The translations under genes and the position numbers were made by a program. Under the pieces are notes generated by a model. It did not search any database. It was given only the letters and a program-made list of their open reading frames with translations, and was not told where the DNA came from. This document shows positions 11,930 through 24,039 of a DNA stretch of 64,000 nucleotides, piece by piece (the first letter of the stretch is position 1; each line of letters opens with the position of its first letter). This DNA is from Squalus acanthias (Eukaryota): NCBI GenBank assembly GCA_030390025.1, contig JASTWF010000123.1, forward strand, positions 558,001 to 622,000. Reading direction: 5' to 3'.

Positions 11930-12095
11930 GAGGAGAGAGAGAGAGAGAGACAGACAAAGGAAGATAGGAAAAAACAAGAGGGACAAGAAATAGAGGAGGA
12001 GAAAGAAAGAGCAAAATGAAATAAAAAGAATGACAAAAGGAAAAGGGAAGAAAGAAAGGAGGCTGTAGAAGACGAGAAGGAAAGAAATTAAGAAA
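11930..12095. repeat. GA-rich low-complexity tract
   Basis: (GA)n followed by a purine-rich run. Confidence 0.8.
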
Positions 12096-12196
12096 TGTTT
12101 GGGTGTCCAGTTTTCAAAGCCTTTCTGGCAATGAAGGGTGTCATTGGAACCGCACAGGCTGAGGTGTTTCCAAAGCAGTTAGTTTAACTGGAGTAA

Positions 12197-13358
12197 GTTC
12201 CACAGGGGTCAGTGCTGGGTCCCCAACTCTTTACAATCTATATTAACGATTTGGAGGAAGGGACCAAGTGTAACATATCAAAATTTGCAGATGATACAAA
12301 GATGGGAGGGAAAGTAGTGAGTGAGGAGGACATAAAAAACCTGCAAGGGGACATAGACAGGCTAAGTAAGTGGGCAGAGATTTGGCAGATGGAATACAAC
12401 ACTGGAAAGTGTGAGGTGATGCACTTTGGCAGGGAAAATCCTAGAGCAATTTATTATCTTAATGGCAAGAAACTGGAGAGTACTGAAGTGCAAAGGGATC
12501 TGGGGGTCCTGGTGCACGAAACTCAAAAGGTTAGTATGCAGGTGCAGCAAGTGATTAAGAAGGCAAATGGAATGTTGGCTTTCATTGCTAGGGGGATAGA
12601 ATATAAAAATAGGGAGGTATTGCTTCAGTTGTACAAGGTATTGGTGAGACCGCACCTGGAATACTGCATACAGTTTTGGTGTCCTTACTTAAGGAAAGAC
12701 ATCCTTGCTCTCGAGGCAGTGCAAAAAAGGTTCACTCGGTTAATCCTGGGGATGAGGGGGTGGTCATATGAGGAGAGGTTGGGTAGATTGGGACTCTACT
12801 CATTGGAGTTCAGAAGAATGAGAGGCGATCTTATTAAAACATTTAAGATTGTGAAGGGGTTGGATCGGGTGGATGCGGGGAGGATGTTCCCGATGACGGG
12901 TGAGATTAGAACTAGGGGACATAATCTTAGAATAAGGGGCTGCTCTTTCAAAACTGAGATGAGGAGGAACTACTTCACTCAGAGGGTGGTAGGTCCATGG
13001 AATATGCTGCCACAAAAAGCTGTAGAAGCTACATCATTAAATAAATTTAAAACAGAAATAGACAGTTTCCTAGAAGTTAAGGGCATTAAGGGTTACGGGG
13101 AGCGGGCAGGAATTTGGACATGAGTCTAGGTTCGGATCGGTCATGGCCCTGTGGATAGTGGAGCGGGCCCAGGGACCGTGTAGCCTGATTCTGCTCCTAT
13201 TTCGTGTGTGCAATTCTGTTAGATGCAGGAGATGGTTCTGTGATAGTAGATTGGCGGTTAGGATCAGATCAACCATGATCTTATTGAATGGCGGAGCAGG
13301 CTCGAGGGGCCGATTGGCCTACTCCTGCTCCTATTTCTTATGTTCTTATGTTCTTATG
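12197..13358 (+). mobile_element. Young CR1 LINE, 5' truncated (RT C-terminal part open, ORF 12212-13123)
   Basis: VPQGSVLGP...YINDL...SKFADDTK and (tatgttct)n tail. Confidence 0.95.
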
Positions 13359-13789
13359 CTCAGTGATGTGTGATGTTCCCCACCGCACGGTGCATGTTAG
13401 AATCGAGTCCAGATAGATACACGAGGTGTAATGAAAGTCTACTGTCTGCTGTACCCCGGCTGGGTTAGAGATGTCGATTGAAGCTCCCTTTCCCTTGAAC
13501 GGACCATAAAGCTACACCTCAAACAGATCATCTCCTTTCCCACACGCCTTACTTTAATTTGGGATACTGCCTCCAGTAAAAGGAGCGGCCAGAACCGCCC
13601 GAGTGTTAAACCTTGTTACACAAACACTGCAATAAGAGAGCTTACTGCCGCCCACTGGACTTGCACTCAGTGATATTTAATACATTTAACCCGATAATTG
13701 TAAACATCATTGAAACAGTGAACAGAAAAATCTGAAACCAATAAATTGACAATTAAACAGATCCATTACTGTTATTGCCAAAAAAACTA

Positions 13790-14225
13790 TTTCAACTATA
13801 GCGCCTGTCACAACCACCGGACATCTCAAAGCGTTTTACAGCCAATGAAGTACTTTTGAAGTTTAATCACTGTTGTAATGTGGGAAACGCAGCAGCCAAT
13901 TTGCGCACAGCAAGCTCCCACAAACAGCAATGTGATAATGACCAGATAATCTGTTTTAGTGATGTTGATTGAGGGATAAATATTGGCCAGGACACCGGGA
14001 ATAACTCCCCTGCTCTTCTTCGAAATCGTGGCCATGGGATCTTTCACATCCACCTGAGAGAGCAGGCGGGGCCTCAGTTTAACGTCTCATCCGAAAGACG
14101 GCACCTCAGACAGTGCAGCACTCCCTCAGCACTGCACTGGAGGGTCAGCCTAGATTTATGTGCTCAAGTCCACAACCTTCTGACTCAGAGGCGAGTGTGC
14201 TGCCCACTGAGCCACAGCTGACACT
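13790..14225 (-). mobile_element. DeuSINE-like SINE
   Basis: Reverse complement of the tRNA-like head cagctgtggctcagtggg and the Deu-type core. Confidence 0.75.
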
Positions 14226-15084
14226 GCACAGATAGCCTTCCAGCTCTCAACCCTTGAATGTGGGTTCAGTTCAAGCTGAGGTCTGAGGCGAGAGATGAAC
14301 TAAACACTCTGTTGAGAGCTCGCACACCACAGATAGTTAAACAGCTATTGTCAAGGATCAAACGGCTATTGTCAAGGTGCAATAAAATACAGTGTCAACA
14401 AGACACAACCTTATTACACATGCAGCCTGTTTCCTGTCTGTCCGGACAGCTCGCTGGCTAATGCTGCAAGATTGTTGGGGAGAGACATGTTTAATAAACA
14501 CATGTCCCTGTTTCTCATTCTGTGCAAACTATTTGCTCTCCATCAGCACTAAAGTATCAAGTGAAACGTGGAACTTATTCCTTTTTTACATCTAAAAGCT
14601 GTTCCAGCAACGATTTTAACTGTAACTTTAAACAACAGTCGGTGACACCAAATGTTAAATCACAACACAATTGGATAATGTGTTTTAACTCGGATTATAA
14701 CAAACCCCTAAACAGCCTGCAATGTCCTAAAGTCCAAATGACCAAACCTGCACCAACACAGCAAGTGTCCTGAAAACTATAATCTGAATCGAGCAGAACA
14801 TATTAAACACATCCTGGAATCTGTATTAGATTCTAGAAAACATTTTGTGGGGTTAAATCCTAACCCTTTAGAATCCATCCAGTTATCAGATTTAGCTACA
14901 ATTACTGGGTATATTCTTGGCTCGAAAGAAATCCGTCTGTCTCGGATAGAGTCGTGTAATTGTGCTAAATATCTCACTGATTCCAGGTGAATCAGGCATC
15001 ACACTTGTATTACCGAATAATAATAATAATAACAATTAAGAAAATAAATATCAGATAAGGAAGGAATTGAGAAGTTTGTCTTAC

Positions 15085-15132
15085 CTGAAGTCACTGTCAG
15101 CGAGGTTCCTTTCCCCCAGTAGTCAAGATAGT
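15085..15132 (-). CDS. IgW: IgW JH segment
   Basis: YLDYWGKGTSLTVTS (WGxG motif) with donor CAG|gtaaga. Confidence 0.96.
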
Positions 15133-15171
15133 CACAGTGCTCCGTCTCCTCATTCCCCCAATGCAGTAACT
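15133..15171 (+). promoter_or_regulatory. J recombination signal sequence, 23-bp spacer
   Basis: CACAGTG (15133-15139), 23 bp, GCAGTAACT (15163-15171; divergent nonamer). Confidence 0.85.
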
Positions 15172-15510
15172 TAACTTGCCCACAATATCTAATAATCTCA
15201 GGGTGGTGTAAAATTAAATGTTGTTTCAGCCTGGGAGCAACGGCTTCCTGGATTTTGATCTCAAATTCCATCCTAAACCTGTTCCAAGTGTATTAATAAA
15301 TGTGGTATTTTTGCAGTTTTCCTGTCTGCGGATACCAGCTCCTGCACATTACCGAGAAACAGAATCGCCTCCTTTTCGTCTTTTATTTTCCCAGAAATTG
15401 ACATTTTCCTCCAACAGTCCGAGTCAGTGTTTAGATATTTGACTCTGGGAAGCACGAATGTGGAATCCGTGGACACAGGCTCTGAAGCACATGGCCATTT
15501 GTAGCGGGGG

Positions 15511-15574
15511 AGTTTCTGTCAAGCTCTGTACTGCTGTGGGCCATATCACAGTGTTTCACCCCAGCTCATAAACC
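15511..15574 (-). other. IgW: IgW D2 segment with 12/12 RSSs (core 15539-15546, ATATGGCC)
   Basis: Plus strand: agtttctgt-12-tgctgtg [ggccatat] cacagtg-12-tcataaacc. Confidence 0.9.
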
Positions 15575-15911
15575 ACAGTCATAACATCCAGCCCGAAACA
15601 AAATGTACCAAACAACCGGCCAGTAGCTTTATTAACTCCTCAGTCTGTATCCGTGTCCCCCACACATCAGGTGTCAAACTCGGGTTTCCAGGACTTTAAA
15701 GGAAGGTGATATAATCCACAAGGAGCTTTCATTGTTCTTGGTCCTGCAGCTGTTACTCGGTGCTTTTTCCCCCATTTCAAGTAATATCTTCAAAGGAAAT
15801 TGTTTACACACCCAGATTATTTAATCGGGATCTGATTTATATCCACGGGTCATGAGGCAAAGGCTGGGGACATCGCCCGAAGAGTCCAATCTAAATAGCT
15901 TTCGCGTGGCA

Positions 15912-15995
15912 GGTTTTTGAATGGAGGGAGCCACCATCTCTCACACTGTGCCACCCCAGTATATAGACACTGTGATACACACCCGTACAATAACC
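15912..15995 (-). other. IgW: IgW D1 segment with 12 (V side) / 23 (J side) RSSs (core 15951-15967, TCTATATACTGGGGTGG)
   Basis: Plus strand: ggtttttga-23-cactgtg [ccaccccagtatataga] cactgtg-12-acaataacc. Confidence 0.93.
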
Positions 15996-16099
15996 TCCGC
16001 CCCTTTCACTGTCACTGACCCCAGTCACTTCACATTGAATCGGCACTGGCACTGCTACAAGTGAGCAATCCTGCTCTCTGATTCACGCTGGCAATGGTT

Positions 16100-16890
16100 T
16101 GGGGTGCGGTGGTTTAGTGGTTCTGTTGCTGGACCAGTGACCTGAAGGACCTGGATTCAATAATCCAGGAACTCTGGAGATCAAATCCCTCAATGGGAGT
16201 TTGGGAATTTAGTTTAAAAATCTGGGATCAGTAAAAGTGACCGTGAAGCTGTCGGATGATCATAAAAACCCAACTGGTTCACTAATGTCCTTTCTGGAAG
16301 GAAACCCAGTCTGGCCTACAGGTGACTCCAGTCCCACCCCCAATGTGGTTGACTCTTACCTGCCCTCTGAAGTGGTCCAGTGAGCCACTCAGTTACCACC
16401 ACCTTCTCAGGTCAGCTCGGGATGGGAGCAAACACCAGCCTTGCCAGTGACACTCACAACTCAGGGTACAGTAGTATAGTGGTTATGTTACTGGAGTAGT
16501 CAGACACAGGCCTAGATTAATGATCTGGGGAACATGAGTTCAAATCCCACCTGGGGCAGCTGGGGAATTTAAATTCAGTTAATAAATTTAAAAAAAAAAT
16601 TGGAATAGAAAGCGAGGATCAGTTCTGACCAGATTGTCATAAAAACCCATCTGGTTCACTAATGTCCTTTTAGGGAAGGAAATCTGCCGTCCTTACCTGG
16701 TCTGGCCAATACGTGACTCCAGACCCACCCCAATGTGGGTGACCCTTAACCGCCCTCTGAAATGGCCCAGCGAGTCACTCAGTTGTATAAGGGGGCTCAG
16801 CACCACCTTCTCAAGGGCACCTAGGAATGGGCAATAAATGCTGGCCTTCCCAGCGACACCCACATCCCCCGAACCAATAAATAACAAAAC
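16100..16890 (+). mobile_element. Two tandem tRNA-derived SINEs between V and D1
   Basis: Two related units (~16100-16460 and ~16463-16890) with tRNA-like heads. Their caccaccttctcaagggc...aataaatgctggcc tail is shared with the LINE ends at ~28620-28710 and ~41860. Confidence 0.7.
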
Positions 16891-17098
16891 CCCCGAGAAT
16901 CAATAAACCTTTAGATTTTTAGATGTGTCCCGAGGCCCAGTTTCGGGCCATCCCAGGAATCCCCACGGCTCCCATTTCCAGGGGCGGCAGATCCCAACAC
17001 GGCAAGGCTGGGAATGACAGCTGTGGTGATCACTGAGGGCGAGCGAGCGATCGTTCCTCCCCTTTCACTGATTCCCCCTGACTGCAGACGGTCTCTGA

Positions 17099-17137
17099 GG
17101 TTTTTGTACCAGTCCAGCCCTGGTTCCTCTCACTGTG
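17099..17137 (-). promoter_or_regulatory. V recombination signal sequence, 23-bp spacer, perfect consensus
   Basis: CACAGTG-AGAGGAACCAGGGCTGGACTGGT-ACAAAAACC. Confidence 0.97.
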
Positions 17138-17435
17138 TCTCTCGCACAGTAATAGATGGCGGTGTCGTCAACTCTCAGTTTAGTCATTTGTAGATACACG
17201 GTGCTGCTGTCCTTGGAAACATCGAAGCGGGCTTGAACTCCAGGCGCGTAATACTTGCTACCTCATAGCCTATGGCTGCGACCCACTCCAGCCCTTTCCC
17301 GGGGACCTGTTTAACCCAGCTGCATGCCGTAGCTGCTGAGGCTGAACCCACTCACTGCACAGGACAGTTTGTGAGACTCCCCGGGCTTTTTCACAGCCGA
17401 CTCGGGCTGGCTCAGCACGATTGCGGACCGGACGC
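17138..17435 (-). pseudogene. IgW: IgW VH exon with two compensating indels and an in-frame stop
   Basis: GVRSAIVLSQPESAVKKPGESHKLSCAVSGFSLSSYGM /+1/ WVKQVPGKGLEWVAAIGY /-1/ [44 protein letters not shown] at 17311-17313 in the uncorrected frame. Confidence 0.9.
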
Positions 17436-17562
17436 CTGTTAATAAAAAAGAAAGAAAAGTAAAGCAGCGCCCTTTAATAAAACGCGTTGAATAATCAGAG
17501 GGTCAAAGAGTCTCCGAATGAGCAGCCGCACCGGGTGGGAATAAAGCGGCGGGACCACTCAC

Positions 17563-17608
17563 CTGTTAGACAGGCCAGAAGGACACAGAGATAAGGAGCA
17601 ATCCCCAT
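17563..17608 (-). CDS. IgW: IgW leader (signal peptide) exon
   Basis: 46 nt encoding MGIAPYLCVLLACLT(G), donor CAG|gtgagt; an IgW-type leader. Confidence 0.93.
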
Positions 17609-17691
17609 CGCCCTGTGTATGCACCGACTCTCAGACACTGCAGAAATCGGCTGCTGCAGGGCGGCTTGGTGTGGAGACGAAGTCAGTGCTG

Positions 17692-17790
17692 TTTAAATAG
17701 GGAAGTGGAGGGAGTGAGTGAGGGGCCCGCGGCTCCAACAGCGGCCGCACCCACTGAAAGCAGAGGCACAGCTTCCTGTCCCCGCCCCCA
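17692..17790 (-). promoter_or_regulatory. VH promoter: TATA-like box, ETS sites, GC box
   Basis: TATTTAAA (17692-17699) ~85 bp upstream of the ATG, adjacent GGGAAGTG, ACAGGAAGC at ~17771-17779 and CCCCGCCCC at 17780-17788. Confidence 0.6.
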
Positions 17791-17999
17791 GCAGCGATTT
17801 CAATTCTCTTCAAGTTATTTATTTATACAACAGGCGGCAGACCGGCAGCAATAATAAGATCCGGATTAAAGATCCAGTCACACGTTCTTCTATTTATTTC
17901 TTTGAAAGAGGAACTATGAAATTAAATTACCAAGGGACACAAAACAAAATAGTAAAATATTTTACAGACACATCAATAAAAAAGGAAGCTCGGGATTGG

Positions 18000-19510
18000 A
18001 ATAGGGCCGTTGAGGGATAATACCACAGGTAGAGAGATGGCAGAAATATTAAATCATTATTTCGCTTCAGTATTTATCAGGGAGATAGAACAGGTGGACA
18101 TGACATTGGATGATGAGATTAGTAATGAGATAAGTGCATTTAAAATAAAAAGATGGGATTATATTAAATAAACTAATCAAACTCAAAGAGGATAAAACCC
18201 CTGGTCCAGATGGATTGCATCCACGCATTTTAAAATAATCTATGGCAGAGATAGCAGAGGCATTACTACACATATTTAATAATTTGTTAGAAAAAGGTGT
18301 AGTGCCAGAGGACTGGCGGATAGCTAACGTAATACCGATATTTAAGAAGGGGGTTAGAACATGTCCAGGGAATTATAGACCAGTCAGCTTAACATCAGTG
18401 GTAGGAAAAATATCCTTATTAAAGGAGAAAATAGAAGAACATCTAGAAACCAAAAATATAATAATGAATAGTCAACAGGGATTTCGAAAGGGAAAGTCTT
18501 GCTTGACCAACCTTATTGAAATTTTTGAAGAGGTAACAGAGAGAGTAGACAATGGTAATGCAGTAGATGTAATTTATCTGGGTTTTTAAAAGGCCTTCGA
18601 TAAGGTACCCCATAATAGACTGATGAACATGGTCAGAAAATGCGGAGTCAGGGGATGAGTAGCAGAATGGATTGCTGGCTGGCTTCAGACAGAAAGCAGA
18701 GAGGAGGAGTAAAGGGTAAAGAGTAAAGGCTATTCACAGTGGCAGAAGGTGGGAAGTGGTGTTCCACAAGGATCAGTGTTGGGACCACTGCTGTTCACAA
18801 TTTACATTAATGATTTAGACTTTGGAATCAAAAACACAATTTCTAAATTTGCGGATGAAAATAATCAAAAAGGTTAATGGAATGCTGGCCTTTATATCTA
18901 GAGGACTAGAATACAAGGGGGTAGAAGTTATGCTGCAGCTATACAAAGCCCTGGTTAGCCCATACCTGGAGGACTGCGAGCAGTTCTGGGCACCACACCT
19001 CAGGAAGGATATATTGGCCTTGGAGGGAGTGTAGCGCAGGTTTACCAGAATGATACCCGGACTTCAAGGGTTAAGTTATGAGGAGAGATTACACAAATTA
19101 GGGTTGTATTCCCTGGAATTTAGAAGGTTAAGGGTTGATCTGATCGAAGTTTTCAAGATATTAATGGGAACAGATAGAGTAGATAGAGAGAAACGATTTC
19201 TACTGGTTGGGGATTCTAGAACTAGGGGTCAAAAATTAGAGCCAGACCTTTCAGGAGTGAAATGAGGAAACACTTCGACACACAAAGGGTGATAGAAGTT
19301 TGGAACTCTCTTCCACAAACGGCAATCGATGCTAGATCAATTGTTAATTTTAAATCGGAGATTGATAGCTTTCTGTTAATCAAAGGTATGAAGGGATATG
19401 GGCCAAAGGCGGGTATATGGAGTTAGGTCACAGATCAGCCCTGATCTCATTGAATGGTGGAACAGGCTCGAGGGGCTGAATGGCCGACTCCTGTTCCTAT
19501 GTTCCTGTGT
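18000..19510 (+). mobile_element. CR1 LINE fragment, degenerate with internal deletion
   Basis: GNYRPVSLTSVVGK and GKSCLTNL motifs with stops; deletion near 18858; 3' tail. Confidence 0.9.
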
Positions 19511-19904
19511 TAGCAAACCCTTTGATCCCTGCCAGTCTGTGAGAGGGGCAGGTCTTTTGACGCAGAGCTTTTCGAAACAGAACACAGACAGCAAGAGAGG
19601 CAGTCGGGCTTTTGGAAACAGAAGGCTGCTCAGTCAGGCGGGCAGACAAGTGCTGCTAGAAGGTTCAATAAAGACAGGAAACTGCAGGGAGAGAGGTTCT
19701 GCAGAGGAGTTATTCTGTCTGAATCAAGATTACCCACCCAAGTGGTGGTAGCATGGTGTGTTCTTTATCCTGTATCAGCACTCAAATATAAGTTGTACAG
19801 ATTGAATGAAGTGACTCTGATCGTGCCTGGTGCTCTGTACATTGCACCCAGCTTTGGAATAAAGCAATTTATAAATCGAACCAAACTTCACCTCCTCTCA
19901 CGGT

Positions 19905-20362
19905 AACTTGCATTCATACAGCACCTTTCACCACCTCACAACGTCCCAAAGCGCTTTACAGCAAATGAGGTACTTTTTGAAGTATAGTCACTGTGTCAAT
20001 GTAGGAAAGGTGGGAGACAAATTATGCACAGCAAGGTCCCACAAACAGCAATGATATAAAATGACCAGATAATCTGTTTTAATAATGTTGGTAAGGGATA
20101 AATGTTGGGCCCAGGACACTGGAAAAACTCCCCAGCTCTTCTTCGAAATAATGCCGTGGGAGTTACTACGTCCACCTGAGTGGGCAGACGTGGCCTCGGT
20201 TTAACGTCTCCTCGGAATGACTGGCACCTCCTACAGTGCAGCGCTCCCTCAGTACCGCACTGGGAGTTTCAGCCTAGATTATGAGCTCAAGTCTCTGGAG
20301 TGAAACTTCAACCCACAACCATCTGACTCAGAGCCAAGAATGATACCACTGGTCCAAGGCTG
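19905..20362 (-). mobile_element. DeuSINE-like SINE
   Basis: Same family as 13790-14225. Confidence 0.7.
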
Positions 20363-20679
20363 AAGCGATACAGGCACAAAAGACATGTGTGTCGGGTGCT
20401 GTTCACAAGGGGATATCACTGTTACATCCTCGGGTCTCACTATGGTACAAGTAGATACAGGGCAGCGGGTGTCAACTGCCTTAATATTAAGGGGATTGAT
20501 GACACTGAACCTGAGAAGGGATTACGGCAGACCCGGATTGTAACAAAGGATATGTGACAGAGGTGTTCACAATGACAAAAATGAACAGGCAAGGTGAACA
20601 TTAATAGACAGTTCCCATTGGCAGGAGTACATGTACCAATAATGCCATACATACGAATTAGGAGCAGTATTAGGCCACT

Positions 20680-23070
20680 CATAAGAACATGAGACGTAGG
20701 AGCAGGAGTAGGTCATTTGGCCCCTCGAGCCTGCTCTGCCATTCAATAAGATCATGGCTAATCTGATCTTGGCCTCAACTCCACTTCCCTGCCCGCTCCC
20801 CATAATCCTTGACTCCCTTATCGTTCAAAAATCTGTCTATCTCCACCTTAAATATATTCAATGACCCAGCCTCCACAGCTCTCTGGGGAAGAGAATTCCA
20901 AAGATTCACGATCCTCTGAGAGTAGAAATTGCTCCTCATTTCCAATTTAAAGGGTGCCCCCTTATTCTGAAATTATGCCCCATAGTTCTAGATTCCCCCA
21001 AGAGGGGAAACATGCTCTCTGCATCTACCCTGTCAAGCCCCTTCAGAATCTTATATGTTTCAATAAGATCCCCTCTCATTCTTCTAAACTCCAATGAGTA
21101 TAGGCCCAACCTGCTCAACCTTTCTTCATAAGACAATCCCTTCATCTCCGGAATCAACCTCTTGAACCTTCTCTGAACTGCCTCCAATGCAAGTATATCC
21201 TTCCTTAAATAAGGAGACCAAAGCTGTACGCAGTACTCCAGGTGTGGTCTCACCAACGCCCTGTACAGTTGTAACAGGATGTCTCTTAATCTCTCCTTTT
21301 GTTCTTTTATCCCCTCCCCCTTTTCCCAGCTTTATCCTTGCTTTAAATCTATTTGATTTCCTGCTGTCTCCAGTTCTGATGAAAGGTCTTCGACCTGAAA
21401 CGTTAACTCTGTTTCTCTCTCCACGGATGCTGCCTCGCCTGCTGAGTTTTTCCAGCGTTTTCTGTTGTTATTTCAGTTGTAACAGGACTTCCCTACTTTT
21501 ATACTCCATTCCCTTTGCAATAAAGGCCAACATTCCATTTGCTTTCCTAATTACTTGCTGTACCTGCATGGTAACTTTTTGTGATTCATGTACAAGGACC
21601 CCCAAATCCCTCTGTACCTCAGCATTTTGTAATCTCTTCCCATTTAAATAATAATTTGCTTTTTTATTTTTCCGACCAAAGTGGATAACCTCGCATTTTC
21701 CCACATTAAACTCCATCTGCCAGGTTTTTGCCCACTCACTTAGCCTATCTGTATCCCTTTGGAGATTCTTTGCGTCCTCCACACAATTTGCTTTCCCACC
21801 TATCTTTGTATCATCAGCAAATTTGGCTACATTACACTCAGTCCCTTCATCCAAGTCATTAATATAGATTGTAACTAGTTGAGGCCCCAGCACTGATTCC
21901 TGCGGCACCCCACTAGTTACAGTTTGCCAACCTGAAAATTTATCCCGACTCTCTGTTTTCTGTTAGTTAGCCAATCCTCTATCCATGCTAATATATTACC
22001 CCCAACCCCGTGAGCTCATATCTTGTGCAGTAACCTTTTATGTGGCACCTTATCGAATGCCTTCTGGAAATCCAAATACACGACATCTACTGGTTCCCCT
22101 TTATCCACCCTGCTCGTTATATCCTCAAAGGATTCCAGCAAATTTGTCAAACATGATTTCCCTTTCATAAAACCATGCTGACTCTGCTTGATTATATTAT
22201 GATTTTCTAAATGTCCTGCTACCACTTCCTTAATGATGGACTCCAGCATTTTCCCAATGACAGATGTTAGGCTAACTGGTCGATAGTTGCCTGCTTTCTG
22301 TCTCCCTCCTTTCTTAAATCGGGGCATTACATTTGCGGTTTTCCAGTCCGCTGGGACCTCTCCAGAATCCAGGGAATTTTGGTAGATTACAACCAATGCA
22401 TCCACTATCTCTGCAGCCACCTCTTTTAAGACCCTAGAATGCAGGCCATCGGGTCCAGGGGACTTGTCCACCTTTAGTCCCATTAGTTTGCCTAGTACTT
22501 TCTCTCTAGTGATAGTGATTGTTTTAAGTTCCCCCCCCCCCACCCCAATAGCCCCTTGATTATCAATTATTGGGATGCTTTTAGTGTCTTCTACCATGAA
22601 GACCGATACAAAATATTTGTTCAAAGTCTCCGCCATTTCCCTGTTTCCCATTATTAATTCCCCAGACTCATCCTCTAGGGGACCAACTTTAGCTACTCTC
22701 TTCCTTTTTATATACCTGTAGAAGCTCTTACTGTCTGTTTTTATATTTCTTGCTAGCTTACTCTCATAAGCTATCTTCTCTCTCTTTATCATTTTTTTAG
22801 TCGTCCTTTGCTGGTTTTTAAAAATTTCCCAATCCTCTGGCCTTTCACTACTCTTCGCAACATTGTATGCTTTTGTTTTCAATTTGATACCATCCTTTAC
22901 TTCCTTAGTTAGCCACGGATGGTTCATCCTTCTCTTAGAGTCTTTCTTTCTCACTGGAATATATCTTTGCTGAGAGTTATGAAATATCTCCTTAAATGTT
23001 TGCCACTGCTTTTCTACAGTCTTACCCTGTAATATATTTTCCCAGTCCACTTTAACCAAGTCTGCCTTCA
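20680..23070 (-). mobile_element. CR1 LINE ORF2 fragment with nested insertion
   Basis: ORFs 22016-23134, 21468-21908 and 20936-21256 carry RT motifs. Confidence 0.93.
21280..21473 (+). mobile_element. Short hammerhead-containing Penelope-derived insert with 14-bp duplication
   Basis: Flanked by cagttgtaacagga (21266-21279 and 21474-21487). Contains agtt CTGATGA aaggtc-ttc-gacct GAAA cgtt aact. Confidence 0.8.
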
Positions 23071-23074
23071 TACT

Positions 23075-24038
23075 CGGCCCCTCGAGCCTGCTCCGCCATT
23101 CAATAAGATCATGGCTGATCTGATTACTCCACATTGCCGCCTACCCCCGATAACCTCCCACCCCCATGCTTATCAAGAATATATCTACCTCTGCCTTAAA
23201 AATATTCAAAGACTCTGCTTCCACCGCCCTCTGAGGAAGAGAGTTCCAAAGACTCACGACCCTCTGTGAGAAAAATTTTCTCCTCATCTCTGTCTTAAAT
23301 GGGCGACCCCTTATTTTTGTTCTAGATTCTCCCACAAGAGGAAACATCCTCTCCAGATCCACCCTGTCCAGACCCCTCAGGATCTTATATGTTTCAATCA
23401 AGTCACCTCTTACTCTTCTAAACTCCAGCGGATACAAGCCTAGCCTGTCCAACCTTTCCTCATAAGACAATCTGCCCATTCCAGGTATTAGTCTAGTAAA
23501 CCTTCCCTGAACTGCTTCCAACGCATTTACATCCTTCCTTAAATAAGGAGACCAATACTGTACACAGTACTCCAGATGTGGTCTCACCAATGCCCTGTAT
23601 AACTGAAGCATAGCCTCCCTACTTTTGTATTCAATTCCCCTTGCAATAAACAATAACATTCTATTAGCTTTCCTAATTACTTGCTGTACCTGCATAGTAA
23701 CCTTTTGCAATTCATGCACTAGGACACCCAGATCCCTCTGCATCTCAGAGCTCTGCAATCTCTCACCATTTAGATAATATGCTTCTTTTTTATTCTTCCT
23801 GCCAAAATGGACAATTTCACATTTTCCCACATTATACTCCATTTGCCAGATCTTTGCCCACTCACTTAACCTATCTATACCCCTTTGTAGCCTCCTGATG
23901 TCCTCTTCACAATTTACTTTCCTACCTATCTTTGTGTCATCGGCAAATTTAGAAACCATACCTTCGGTCCCTTCATCCAAGTCATTTATATAAATTGTAA
24001 AAAGTTGAGGCCCCAGCACTTATCCCTGTGGCACACCA
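23075..24038 (-). mobile_element. CR1 LINE 3' fragment
   Basis: ORF 23141-24019 with FADD motif. Confidence 0.93.
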
Positions 24039-24039
24039 T

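Noticed and set aside
14999-15271. 90-aa ORF
   Set aside because: Only the J segment (15085-15132) is coding; the rest is RSS and intron.
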